A DNA stretch of 64,000 bases, taken from a virus. Below are positions 49,603-59,164 of this stretch, in pieces (the stretch's first letter is position 1; the number at the start of each line of letters is the position of its first letter). The position numbers and the translations under genes were made by a program. The notes beneath the pieces are model-generated. The model was not told the DNA's origin, did no database searches, and saw only the letters and a program-made list of their open reading frames with translations. The DNA lies in IMG/VR virus record IMGVR_UViG_3300045988_179014, positions 160,001-224,000 of that record; one strand, given 5' to 3'.

Positions 49603-49647
49603 GCAATAACTTTCGGCAGCTAACGAGAACATGCCGAAAGTTATTGC
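49603..49647 (-). terminator. Perfect 16-bp hairpin downstream of GHKL ATPase gene
   Basis: GCAATAACTTTCGGCA, a 13-nt loop, then TGCCGAAAGTTATTGC. It is followed on the minus sense by TATTTATAAAG. Confidence 0.45.
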
Positions 49648-49666
49648 ATTACATGACAATACAGGT

Positions 49667-52165
49667 TTACAGTGATTCCATCCAATCAGCAATCACTGTA
49701 ATAGCTTCATCCAGAAACTTTGGTGTTGTCTGGAAAGCTTCTGCTTGGGCCAACATGGAACATGCTATCTGGTGAGGCTCATTTGTTTTCCAGTATTTTG
49801 CATCTTCCAAAGAACAACGCTCCAGAAAAAGCTGATTTAGTTCGCGTCGTTCCTCATTAACATGCTTGTTGTAATACTCAGTGTCAACACATGGCAGACC
49901 AGATGTCGTGTAAAAAATGTCACGTATATTCTTCAACCAATCATAAGTTGCCTGGATTACTGGATGCTTCACGCTACCATAATCCAATGCATTCTGCATC
50001 CATTTAATGGAAGCGTTATATGACGGCAATTTACTAATCAAATAAATTGCCTCAATTTTCTCTTCTGTAACATGAGACAGCTTGTATTCCGTTATTGACA
50101 AGTGGAAACTTCTGTTCTTGATGAGATTTTTACCCACCCCACTTGTATGAGTAAAATCCACATCAACTAAAACTTCCACACCAGCGGCAATAAGCTGTTC
50201 CAAGTCTGTTTTCAGCAGCATACAACCCATGTAGACAGGTCGGTTGAACGCGGCATCGCCATATTTCTGATGATACCCCAACAAAGTTCTTTGGTAAGCA
50301 CTCTTATTCGGGTATTTTGTCAAAATGACTATAGCGTTTTTCTCAACCAGGTCTGAAACATTGACTGGTTTCTTATTACGATGGCACCTACCAGAGAATT
50401 CCAGCAACTCATCGATGGTCTTATCACTTTCACCATAAGAATACAGTGAAACCTGGTTGTCTTCTGGAACAATGTTTTCACTATTAGCAGCACGATTGGA
50501 TTTAACCAATTTGACAATATGTTCCACGTCTGAAAATACGACTTTTTCAGACGAATCGAACTGTTGATTGAAAACACCTTGTTCCTCAACAGGAATTGAA
50601 TCTGATGCCAGAATGAATGAGAACTTGGAATGCATTCGAGTAAGTGTTTTTCGACACCTGACGACTCGTGACAAATCTTTCTCCGTTTTGATGTTTTGAA
50701 CAACGTAAATTGTTTTAACACCATCCCTTGCAGAGGAAGAGACCTTCAGCGCTTCAGTGGAATCCAGCAAACTGTATCTTTTGGCTGGAGACACAAATCG
50801 GTTACGTATTGCTTCAGTCAAATCACATACATTATTGTATGGAATCAATGATGCCACAGCTGAGAACAAAGCATTTGACGCGGTATTGGAAACATTCATG
50901 AGTAGATGAATTGAGTTCCGTTCGTCAAATGTCAAAGTTGCAAAGACTGACGGATTGTTGAAACGAACGATGTCACGCAGGATATTACGACCGTTGTCAT
51001 CATCGAACTGTGACAGCTCAACTTCCGTCTGTGAGCCATGCACGGTTGTGAACACAATATTATCACAATTCCACTGCGGATTCATACTCCGAAGAATTTC
51101 CAACCGGGCAGAGTCATTCTTCAATTGATAGAATTTTTTGATGACAGCATCGGCCAAAAAGGTGTCGTAACCTTGGAGGGATTTCTTTACTAGCGCGTCC
51201 AATGTAGTCGAAGCTGCATTGTTGGTGATATGGTCACGTGAAGATGTAAATTCCACTACCTTGGGTTTCAGCTCAATGATGACATCAGCATATTTCTCCT
51301 TATCGAGCCCATACCCGCTCTTTGGAAGCTCAAAACGGCTATTGGCGACCGAAGGAGAAGTATACAAAAACCCTGACAACAAGTATGCAAACGTCCATGA
51401 ACTAGACTTGGTCTCCAGAAACGCACTCTTAACTAATTTGGACAACGCATCATGTCGTGCCCAAACGCGGCCTGTAATCCCTCGGGACTGTTCAATTACA
51501 ATAGACCCTAGTTCAATGTAATCATCATTCCCATAATAGGTTTCACCATTGATTACGATTGGAATGTCAAAGGACAAATAACGGTATGAATTCAGAGCTT
51601 GATTAAACTGCTCGATTTCATACATATTATCCTTTACAGGAATGGTGATAGTTGTGCCATTACACGTATTCTCAGATGCAAATGTTTCCATCTGAAAATC
51701 CACCCCATTTGCGTTACGGCTCATCGTCGCTTTGGTGGTTACCCCAGAACAAGTAGTCTCAATGTAGAAAGTATCACTATACGCCAAAGGCGCTTTTGCT
51801 CCCAGCCCAAACGAACCGATTTGTGAAGCATCAGACCCTTTGGTCGTACCACCATACTGTGCAAACACAGTACGGACAGTTTCAGGAGACATCCCCGTTC
51901 CGAAGTCTTTCACCACAAACTTGAGGTGATATGGGTTTGGAGTAGTCACCTCTATGGGATTAGTTTTGGCACCATTGCGAACAGCAGCTTTTGTCGCGTC
52001 AATCGCATTTGATAGCGTCTCCCTTACTGCTGCTTCTATGGGAAATGGATACAAGTCTGTCAATCGCTCAATGATATGAGCGATTGCTGACGGGTTGATG
52101 CCAACCATCACAGACTCACGTGGGTCCTGAAACAGAGACAAGGTTCCTCCTATGTTAAAGTACAA
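49667..52165 (-). CDS. GHKL-superfamily ATPase, Hsp90/HtpG-like N-terminal ATP-binding domain, 832 aa
   Basis: 'RETLSNAIDA' is the N box. 'DFGTGMS' is the D-x-G-x-G-M block. 'QIGSFGLGAKAPLAYSDTFYIET' matches the Hsp90-type 'IGQFGVGFYS...V'. The track start is a TTG, and an alternative ATG (MVGINPS) lies 19 codons downstream. Confidence 0.6.
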   Translation of the reverse strand: MYFNIGGTLSLFQDPRESVMVGINPSAIAHIIERLTDLYPFPIEAAVRETLSNAIDATKAAVRNGAKTNPIEVTTPNPYHLKFVVKDFGTGMSPETVRTVFAQYGGTTKGSDASQIGSFGLGAKAPLAYSDTFYIETTCSGVTTKATMSRNANGVDFQMETFASENTCNGTTITIPVKDNMYEIEQFNQALNSYRYLSFDIPIVINGETYYGNDDYIELGSIVIEQSRGITGRVWARHDALSKLVKSAFLETKSSSWTFAYLLSGFLYTSPSVANSRFELPKSGYGLDKEKYADVIIELKPKVVEFTSSRDHITNNAASTTLDALVKKSLQGYDTFLADAVIKKFYQLKNDSARLEILRSMNPQWNCDNIVFTTVHGSQTEVELSQFDDDNGRNILRDIVRFNNPSVFATLTFDERNSIHLLMNVSNTASNALFSAVASLIPYNNVCDLTEAIRNRFVSPAKRYSLLDSTEALKVSSSARDGVKTIYVVQNIKTEKDLSRVVRCRKTLTRMHSKFSFILASDSIPVEEQGVFNQQFDSSEKVVFSDVEHIVKLVKSNRAANSENIVPEDNQVSLYSYGESDKTIDELLEFSGRCHRNKKPVNVSDLVEKNAIVILTKYPNKSAYQRTLLGYHQKYGDAAFNRPVYMGCMLLKTDLEQLIAAGVEVLVDVDFTHTSGVGKNLIKNRSFHLSITEYKLSHVTEEKIEAIYLISKLPSYNASIKWMQNALDYGSVKHPVIQATYDWLKNIRDIFYTTSGLPCVDTEYYNKHVNEERRELNQLFLERCSLEDAKYWKTNEPHQIACSMLAQAEAFQTTPKFLDEAITVIADWMESL

Positions 52166-52317
52166 TCAGAGTACCATAGAACATATGTGTGGTCAAACCA
52201 AAAGACGAATACTTACCACAACACAAATAATCCATATTTCGCCAGAAAGCTTGTTAAACCCCACAAAACAGGAATTTCAATCACCAAGAAGTCTTCTATA
52301 ATTTGAATATTATTGGT

Positions 52318-54120
52318 TTACTCTGATGCTTCAATCGTTTCATTCAGGAATTCACCAGTGTTTGAATTCATTACAGTAATACGCTCAGTGGTACTGTCAA
52401 CGATTAGATTCTGCTCTTCAGCTTCTTCCCGTAAATAAGCCACTGCCGCTCCAGCTCCCCAAGGATTGAAAACAGAGGGCCAACTTTCTATCATAGTACG
52501 AATATTCTCTTCACGAATCAAATATGGTGGAATGACACTTTCCCCAAAAATTTGTCGGAATTGTCCTTCTGTACGCTCAAAGTAAATAGATGGGTGCGCA
52601 ATGGTATCTGACAAGGATTCTGATGTTGACCAAGTACGACGAAGAATACGTGTCAACTTCTGATGAGTGTAATCCTCTGGAACGGAATATGTTGGCGCCA
52701 ATCCAGTTCGTTGTTTCTGTTCCAATCGAATAATACCTGTTTGACGCAATACCCGCATAGCTTGGGTTATCTGTGATGGTGTCAATTTAAGCCAACGCGC
52801 CATTGGTTTACGTGCCATCAAAATACGAGTTGCACCAACATTTGACAATGGTTGCAGAAAATAATCCACAATTGACAAGCAGTGGAAATACTGTTGTGGG
52901 ATAGTATGTCGTTCCTTTTTTCCCAGCAAAGCCGAAGAAATTTTCCCCACATCCAATACACGCGGGTTGATGAGACGTGTTTCCCGAGTGGTTCTTGCCA
53001 TACCACCAGGTTGTGATAGTTTTCTCTCAACCCGCTTCAGATGCTCATTCAAATCAAATTCTGCATCTGTATCAAATTTTCGGTGTTGGAACAGTGTTTT
53101 CCATCCTTTGTAACAGTAGATGCCATGATACCGGGAACGTGGATGAAATCTACTTAAATCTGCTATCAAAGCACGGAATCCAATAGAAGACCCAGTATAA
53201 GAATCCTTGTCAATCCCCAACTCGATACACGCTATTGCCATGGAGTAATCATCATGACAACAATGAAGAGCAGATTTGAGGAAGGCGCGGCGTGCATGGT
53301 AGGAAGTCTCAGAACGTTGCGTGAGAGCTTTTCTGAGCAACGCTAAGACCTCGGGAGAGGGCTTCGCGTGGGAAAGGTCACCGGCACTCTCTGAGGCGCT
53401 TAGAAAGCCTTCTGGAGCTTCTTCCTGAGAACGGATGATTCTACGTCGTTCAATCCGCCTTTTCTTGGCTGTTTCCAGCTCCTCGCGCAACTGCACGACT
53501 TGAGACAGTCTTGCCATCGAATCATCAGAAATTGTAAGAACTGAGATTTTACGGACATTCTGAGAAAAACCAAACGACTCATCCGCCAATGAATAAGTTG
53601 GATGAACTGATTCTTGGTCTTTCAAAAGAATCTGACTACCAGGACCAACTACATAACCGTTGACAATTCCGCTTCGAATGTCAGCATCCAATTGTATGTT
53701 GGTTCCAGTCAATTGTGAGAAAGCTTCGGAGTATGGACGTAAAGAAGCTTTTGGTAATCCTTCATCCAATAGAGCAACTGGACGTGGGAACCTTAGATAA
53801 ACATGTAATCCGCCTGATTGGGTCATCACCGCCAAGGATTGTCGCAAATCCACTTCCAGAAACGAGCTGAAAAAATCTACTTGGTTGTGGACACTGTTCG
53901 TTCCCTTGTGATGGTCGAAATCCAGAATGAACAATTGATGTTGGGGAATGATGCCATAGTTCCCCTGCCGTGGAATGTGGAGCAGACGGTTGCGTCGTCC
54001 TGGTAAATAACTTCCCACAGGATGTTTGCTATCTGGTTGAATGCGCAAGTAACATGCATCATCCCCTAGACACTTTTCAAGAGCACGACGTAACCCATGT
54101 GGTGTGTTGAGTTCTTGCAT
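52318..54120 (-). CDS. Prim-Pol (bifunctional primase-polymerase N-terminal domain) protein
   Basis: 'QLFILDFDHH' gives the hhhDhD motif. 'MTQSGGLHVYLRF' gives sGxGxH and 'YVVGPGS' the third motif. The C-terminal part of about 350 aa is unassigned. Confidence 0.55.
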   Translation of the reverse strand: MQELNTPHGLRRALEKCLGDDACYLRIQPDSKHPVGSYLPGRRNRLLHIPRQGNYGIIPQHQLFILDFDHHKGTNSVHNQVDFFSSFLEVDLRQSLAVMTQSGGLHVYLRFPRPVALLDEGLPKASLRPYSEAFSQLTGTNIQLDADIRSGIVNGYVVGPGSQILLKDQESVHPTYSLADESFGFSQNVRKISVLTISDDSMARLSQVVQLREELETAKKRRIERRRIIRSQEEAPEGFLSASESAGDLSHAKPSPEVLALLRKALTQRSETSYHARRAFLKSALHCCHDDYSMAIACIELGIDKDSYTGSSIGFRALIADLSRFHPRSRYHGIYCYKGWKTLFQHRKFDTDAEFDLNEHLKRVERKLSQPGGMARTTRETRLINPRVLDVGKISSALLGKKERHTIPQQYFHCLSIVDYFLQPLSNVGATRILMARKPMARWLKLTPSQITQAMRVLRQTGIIRLEQKQRTGLAPTYSVPEDYTHQKLTRILRRTWSTSESLSDTIAHPSIYFERTEGQFRQIFGESVIPPYLIREENIRTMIESWPSVFNPWGAGAAVAYLREEAEEQNLIVDSTTERITVMNSNTGEFLNETIEASE

Positions 54121-54242
54121 GGGTCACCTCCTGGATTCCATCGTAGCATTGGTCCCAGGGTTGTGTCTCACCTGTACACAAGTTTACTTTCCATGCGGTG
54201 TAAGATTTTTTAGAGTACAGTCATCGAATGAAATTTGGTGCC

Positions 54243-55055
54243 TCAAGATTTTTCTATATACAATGCTTGAGGTCTTGGGACAGTGGATATCATTTTACCC
54301 GGAAGCTCAAGATGGATGGACAGGAACCTGGCATCCTTGATGGTCGCAATTGAACCATACGACCTGAAATTGACTTGGGATACATAGTGCAACGGGGACG
54401 TGATGGTGTTGGTCATTTCGCGTCCTTCAGGAGAGTTCAACGTTCCACTAGTGTGCACTTGGTCAAATGGAGCAGAAACAGGTGCAGTAATCCATGACGG
54501 GTACAACTCCATCAAAGGGTCAGCCCAAATGGGGTTGGCAGCGTACTGAGGACCATCACCAAGCCGGAACGCAGGCCCTTGGTACAAAGTTCTTGCATAC
54601 CGTCTGTTCAACGCGTCAGCGGCCTCCTCAGCGGTTTTAGGGGAGCCAATGTCAAGCCATTCCCCATATGTCAATCCTCCATGAGTGACAAGTCTTTGTT
54701 TATCCACTGTGGCAACTGTCATCATTGGGTCAGGGGCGAACCAAGCATTCCGCAAAAACTGCCGACTGTGAGCGTTCGTCCATTCCTCTGGAGCATTCAA
54801 CGCTGCTATCTCATTTGGTCCAACCAACTGATGCCAATTATCATATGTGGAACGATAAAGATACATGAACTTCAACAAAGTCTCATTAGCACCGTATTTT
54901 GGTCCATCCTGAGCAATTTCATTACAACCAATAACATTCCCCATCTGAATGATTTTGTCCACTTGGTTGCAGTTCTTGAGTATTTCTCCACGCCACAGTT
55001 TGTATTGACCATGAAGACCAGGAATGAAAAAAGTCTTGTAATTCTTGAGGGCCAC
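54243..55055 (-). CDS. PPP-family (lambda-phosphatase/ApaH-like) homolog with substituted metal-ligand motifs
   Basis: 'IPGLHGQY' stands in place of GDxHG, 'MGNVIGC' in place of GDxVDRG and 'GANE' in place of GNHE. 'VTHGGL' retains the HGG motif. Confidence 0.45.
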   Translation of the reverse strand: MALKNYKTFFIPGLHGQYKLWRGEILKNCNQVDKIIQMGNVIGCNEIAQDGPKYGANETLLKFMYLYRSTYDNWHQLVGPNEIAALNAPEEWTNAHSRQFLRNAWFAPDPMMTVATVDKQRLVTHGGLTYGEWLDIGSPKTAEEAADALNRRYARTLYQGPAFRLGDGPQYAANPIWADPLMELYPSWITAPVSAPFDQVHTSGTLNSPEGREMTNTITSPLHYVSQVNFRSYGSIATIKDARFLSIHLELPGKMISTVPRPQALYIEKS

Positions 55056-55067
55056 AATACTCCTGAC

Positions 55068-56321
55068 TCAGCTGAACATATCAAGGATTGTACCCATGGT
55101 GGAATTCTTGTTAGAAGTATGAGCAAACAATGATTTGTGCCGCATTTTGGCCATGTGAGCTTCTTCCAATTCCCGCTCTTTATCACGTTGCTGTTGGAAA
55201 CGACGTTCTGCTCGTGCTACCACGCCTTCAACTTGCACCATGTAATCTTCCAGCCAAACCAAACGTGCATTGTCTCGTTTCTCTTTTACTTTTTCATAAC
55301 CGGGTTTTTCCAACATGTTCTCATTCAGAAACTCCCGTAATTTGGTCACAGCCTCTTCAGGACTGTGAACTTGATAACTCACGCCTTCAGGATATTCAGC
55401 GTTCAAGAAATCCATACGCCATTCCCCATTGGTGTATCGAACAGCCCACCACTCTTTGGATTTACCCTGAGAATTGTCCAATACACGTAACTCCATTTCT
55501 GGCATTTGATTCAAATAAAATGGATTGTCTTTTATGAATCTTTCCAATGAGTGTGCACGAAAAGTGGTACTGTTCCATTCCTCACTGACACGAACAGTTA
55601 CCGAATCGCTGGCACGAAAACTTCCTTTTCCCTCTTTCCATCCAAACTCTTCAAATACTTGGTAGGGGCCTTGTGCTTCCTCTTCAACCACTACATGTCC
55701 GGCTTTCAACTGACTCAACAGATAGTCAGTTTGTTTCTCCACTTCGGTATCGTAAAGCGATGTTGAGTTGATGATGACAGTTTCACGCAGAAAGTTGCGA
55801 GCTTGTGCCAATGCGTTTTCCCTATCCCCGTTCAAGTCAATCTCAAGGGTTTCTTTCGGAAAAACACCACTGTTATAGGTCATCTCAAGTTCCCAAATGC
55901 CTCCAATTACTCCTCGGTCATAATCCGCACGTGGTCGACGAAAAGCAGAAACTCGCACACGTGGCACTTCACCAACATTTGTTTGCAGCAATGGAATCTG
56001 TGCTCTTTGAATGGCTGGGTCTTCACCATATTGCAGGAAAGCTTCATCCATCATGTTGGCATAATCTCGTGGAGTTTTACCGGAATTCAAATTGCCGTTA
56101 TATTTTATTATTCCGAATGTTTTTGGAGTGTTGGGGTCTTTTAAAACTGCGTCAACTTGCTCCCGCGCAGCTTCTAACTGTGACCGTTCATTACGTAGAG
56201 CAAGAGCAGTTTCGGCGCCCTGAATTGTGTCATAATCCCGAAATGGGCAGGGTTTAAAAGTAGCGGTGCACTCAGCTACCACGTTATCAGCATTAATGTG
56301 GTAACGTTTTGTTTTGGCCAT
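55068..56321 (-). CDS. Hypothetical protein
   Basis: 417 aa, no motif recognised. Confidence 0.45.
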   Translation of the reverse strand: MAKTKRYHINADNVVAECTATFKPCPFRDYDTIQGAETALALRNERSQLEAAREQVDAVLKDPNTPKTFGIIKYNGNLNSGKTPRDYANMMDEAFLQYGEDPAIQRAQIPLLQTNVGEVPRVRVSAFRRPRADYDRGVIGGIWELEMTYNSGVFPKETLEIDLNGDRENALAQARNFLRETVIINSTSLYDTEVEKQTDYLLSQLKAGHVVVEEEAQGPYQVFEEFGWKEGKGSFRASDSVTVRVSEEWNSTTFRAHSLERFIKDNPFYLNQMPEMELRVLDNSQGKSKEWWAVRYTNGEWRMDFLNAEYPEGVSYQVHSPEEAVTKLREFLNENMLEKPGYEKVKEKRDNARLVWLEDYMVQVEGVVARAERRFQQQRDKERELEEAHMAKMRHKSLFAHTSNKNSTMGTILDMFS

Positions 56322-56802
56322 AATGACCTCCTATGCTCCGTTTCTTCCCTAGAATGATGGGCGCACACTTTTGTATACACATATATATTATCAAACACAA
56401 CCATTTTAAACAATTTCTCTAACATAAGTTGCCATATTGTATAACCTTCAGATGAATATATGGCCGGAGAAAACAAAGTGATTGATTCCATTCATTCATC
56501 AAATTCACACAACCACTCAATACCGTGATACATTCAACACTTCCACTGATTCATCGTTTTCGCTCAATTGAAACTCATAAAATCTTGTGAAAAATGACAA
56601 GAATAAATCCAGCTTTATCAATTATGAACACAAAAACTGAAACATAGGTATGACATTGATTATTGTGGATTTTGAAAGCAATACAACAAAAACACTAACT
56701 GTTTGCATGCACTGTATTCAGTTCATTTGCGCACTACTTCAACAGTTGTATGAATTGGATACATTTTTGCATAACATGATTGGAAGGACTTCTCGCAATG
56801 CA

Positions 56803-56850
56803 TGAAAAACCTCCCAGAACTGGTTGCATCAAACCATAGTTCTGGGAGGT
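56803..56850 (-). terminator. Intrinsic terminator after gyrB-like gene
   Basis: A 12-bp perfect stem CCTCCCAGAACT/AGTTCTGGGAGG is followed on the minus sense by TTTTTCAT. Confidence 0.6.
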
Positions 56851-56875
56851 TCCAGGAAAAAATACTTACTTCATT

Positions 56876-59008
56876 TTACCTTAATTCTTCTTCATCCACC
56901 TCATAGGATTCAATCCAGCGTTTTCGTTCATCAGTATCATCACCAAACGCCAATTCCATAGCATCCATGGCTTTTTCAATGTCTTGAGTGAGAACTTGTG
57001 TGATAACTCGTGTTTCAGGGTTGATGGCAGTCACTTGAAGGTCTGGTGCATTCATTTCGCCCAAACCTTTCAATCTTGTTACTGTGTGTTTGATGTTTGA
57101 CTGTTTCAGTTCAGCCAACAAATCGTCACGTTCCCTATCATCACGAGCGTATAATTTACGAGAATTACGGCCTTCTTTGGTGGAAATCACGAATAGTGGG
57201 GTTTCCATCTTGTACAAACGGCCTGCTTCCAGAATGGGCCGGAACAGATGCCAGAACAATGCATAAATCAAACATGCAATGGCGTTACCATCAGGGTCGG
57301 CATCAACGGCAATGAATACACGACCGTAACGCATCTTGTCCAAATCAAAATCACTACCTGCACCAGCACCAAGTGTTTTCACAATATCTTGTACTTCAGC
57401 GTTGTCAAGCACTTTCTTGATTGATTGTTTGTGTGCATTGATGATTTTTCCGCGAATAGGTAGTAGGGCGTTGATTCGACCATCCCGAGCGGCTTTCATA
57501 GAACTGACAGCAGAATCACCCTCACAAATGTACAATTCCGCTTCATCTGTTCCAGCTAGTTCACAATCCATCAGTTTTTCTGGTAATGCCTCAGACTTCA
57601 ACGTGTTCTTTTTACGGTTCAAATCACGTTGTTCTCTTGCAGCTTGCCGATTCTTAGCTGCTGTTGTCACTTTAACAGCAATTGTTTGCAAAGTATCCGC
57701 ATTTTTACGGTCAGCAATCCATGTTTCAAACAGTTTGGTCAATGCGTCCCGAATAGCACGTTGCACATCCGAACCTGACAGAGCTTCTTTTGATTGTGAT
57801 GTGAAATTAGGTTCAGAAATCTGTACTGAAAGAACTACTGTCAATCCTTCTTTGAAATCATCATCAATTGGAAGGATGTCTTTTTTGGACAATAATCCAC
57901 GCATAGTTTTGAAACGTTCATTGAAAGCCGACACCATGGCGCGTTCAAAAGCGGTTTCATGTACTCCCCCCAGTTTCGTATGAATAGTGTTCACAAAACT
58001 GGACATCGTGTAATCAAAACCAGACCCATAACGAAAAGCCAATTCTATGGGTACTTCACGTTCCACATCTTTGGTAACCACAGTATGTCCATCAGACATC
58101 AGAACAGGAACATTCTTTTCCGTATATTTACCTGTGGTCGTCAACAGAACCGTGTCCATGATTTTTTCATCAGGTTGGTTGATGGCAACCAATGCAGACG
58201 GTCCATCAGGGAAGTGGAAAAACTCTTGTTGAGGTTCACTGACTCCTGTTTGAGGGTTTTCAATCTCCAGAAGCTCATTGTAAACTTCTGCTTCCAAATC
58301 TGGAACCAAGAATGCGGTACCTTTTAGGCGATTGATGATATCTTGGTCATCATATGGGTATTTGGAGGAGAAAACCTCATCTCGTAGCCAACATTTGACA
58401 ATGGTACCAGTGGGGTATCGTTTCTTTTCAGCAGGAGTACGTTTGTCTGCTGACACCTCCAAGTATGTCAAATCATCCAGTGGCGTGAAATCAGCATCAG
58501 GGTTGTCATCTTCAGCAAAAAACCCTGGAGTGCCATCTTTGAATGAGAGCTTGTATTGTTTCTTGTTTCTGTATACAGTGATGTCAGCTCGACGGGAAAC
58601 ATGAACAGTGGAGCTGGCACCAACACCATTCAATCCTGAAGAGAATCGTTTCGAGTCGGTTTCAAATTTACCACCTGATTGAATAACTCCAAGTGCCAGA
58701 TAAATACCAGAACAGGGGCGACCTTCAGAATCTACTCCAACATCAACTGGAATGCCCCGACCTGCGTCCTGAACTGAGAATGAACGGTCCTTGTAGAAAT
58801 GAAGTCTTACATTAGTTCCATGTCCTGACCTTACTTCGTCCAAAGCATTGTCCAGAATTTCTCGGACTGCAACGCCTTTTTGTTTTGAGTATGTTTCCCC
58901 TGAACCTTCCAATGGCCCAAAAGTAAGACTCATACGTTTCAACAGGTGAGTGTGTGCTGACACTGCCTTAATAGAACTGGCGTTGTACTCATCCTTCTTC
59001 AATGCCAC
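56876..59008 (-). CDS. gyrB: Type IIA topoisomerase ATPase/TOPRIM subunit (GyrB/ParE/T4 gp39-like)
   Basis: 'REILDNALDE' is the GHKL N box. 'LNGVGASSTV' is a signature segment. 'ELYICEGDSAVSSMKAARD' and 'YGRVFIAVDADPDGNAI' are the TOPRIM E-G-D and D-x-D-x-D motifs. 'PIRGKIINAHK' matches the PLRGKILNVEK segment. Confidence 0.85.
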   Translation of the reverse strand: MALKKDEYNASSIKAVSAHTHLLKRMSLTFGPLEGSGETYSKQKGVAVREILDNALDEVRSGHGTNVRLHFYKDRSFSVQDAGRGIPVDVGVDSEGRPCSGIYLALGVIQSGGKFETDSKRFSSGLNGVGASSTVHVSRRADITVYRNKKQYKLSFKDGTPGFFAEDDNPDADFTPLDDLTYLEVSADKRTPAEKKRYPTGTIVKCWLRDEVFSSKYPYDDQDIINRLKGTAFLVPDLEAEVYNELLEIENPQTGVSEPQQEFFHFPDGPSALVAINQPDEKIMDTVLLTTTGKYTEKNVPVLMSDGHTVVTKDVEREVPIELAFRYGSGFDYTMSSFVNTIHTKLGGVHETAFERAMVSAFNERFKTMRGLLSKKDILPIDDDFKEGLTVVLSVQISEPNFTSQSKEALSGSDVQRAIRDALTKLFETWIADRKNADTLQTIAVKVTTAAKNRQAAREQRDLNRKKNTLKSEALPEKLMDCELAGTDEAELYICEGDSAVSSMKAARDGRINALLPIRGKIINAHKQSIKKVLDNAEVQDIVKTLGAGAGSDFDLDKMRYGRVFIAVDADPDGNAIACLIYALFWHLFRPILEAGRLYKMETPLFVISTKEGRNSRKLYARDDRERDDLLAELKQSNIKHTVTRLKGLGEMNAPDLQVTAINPETRVITQVLTQDIEKAMDAMELAFGDDTDERKRWIESYEVDEEELR

Positions 59009-59164
59009 TGTATCTCCTTAATCTAAATTTTCGCAACGCCATTTTACCGAATCAGAGTATTGGCAATTTTGCGTTTAAATTTAAAACATTGACATTAATA
59101 AACATGAATATACGATTATTGAATGAATTGAAACAGGGTTTTTGCATTACCATTTATTGTTTAG

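Noticed and set aside
57084-58604. Plus-strand ORFs up to 215 aa antisense to the gyrB-like gene
   Set aside because: The GyrB call on the minus strand is strongly supported by GHKL and TOPRIM motifs. The antisense frames are Ser- and Cys-rich nonsense.
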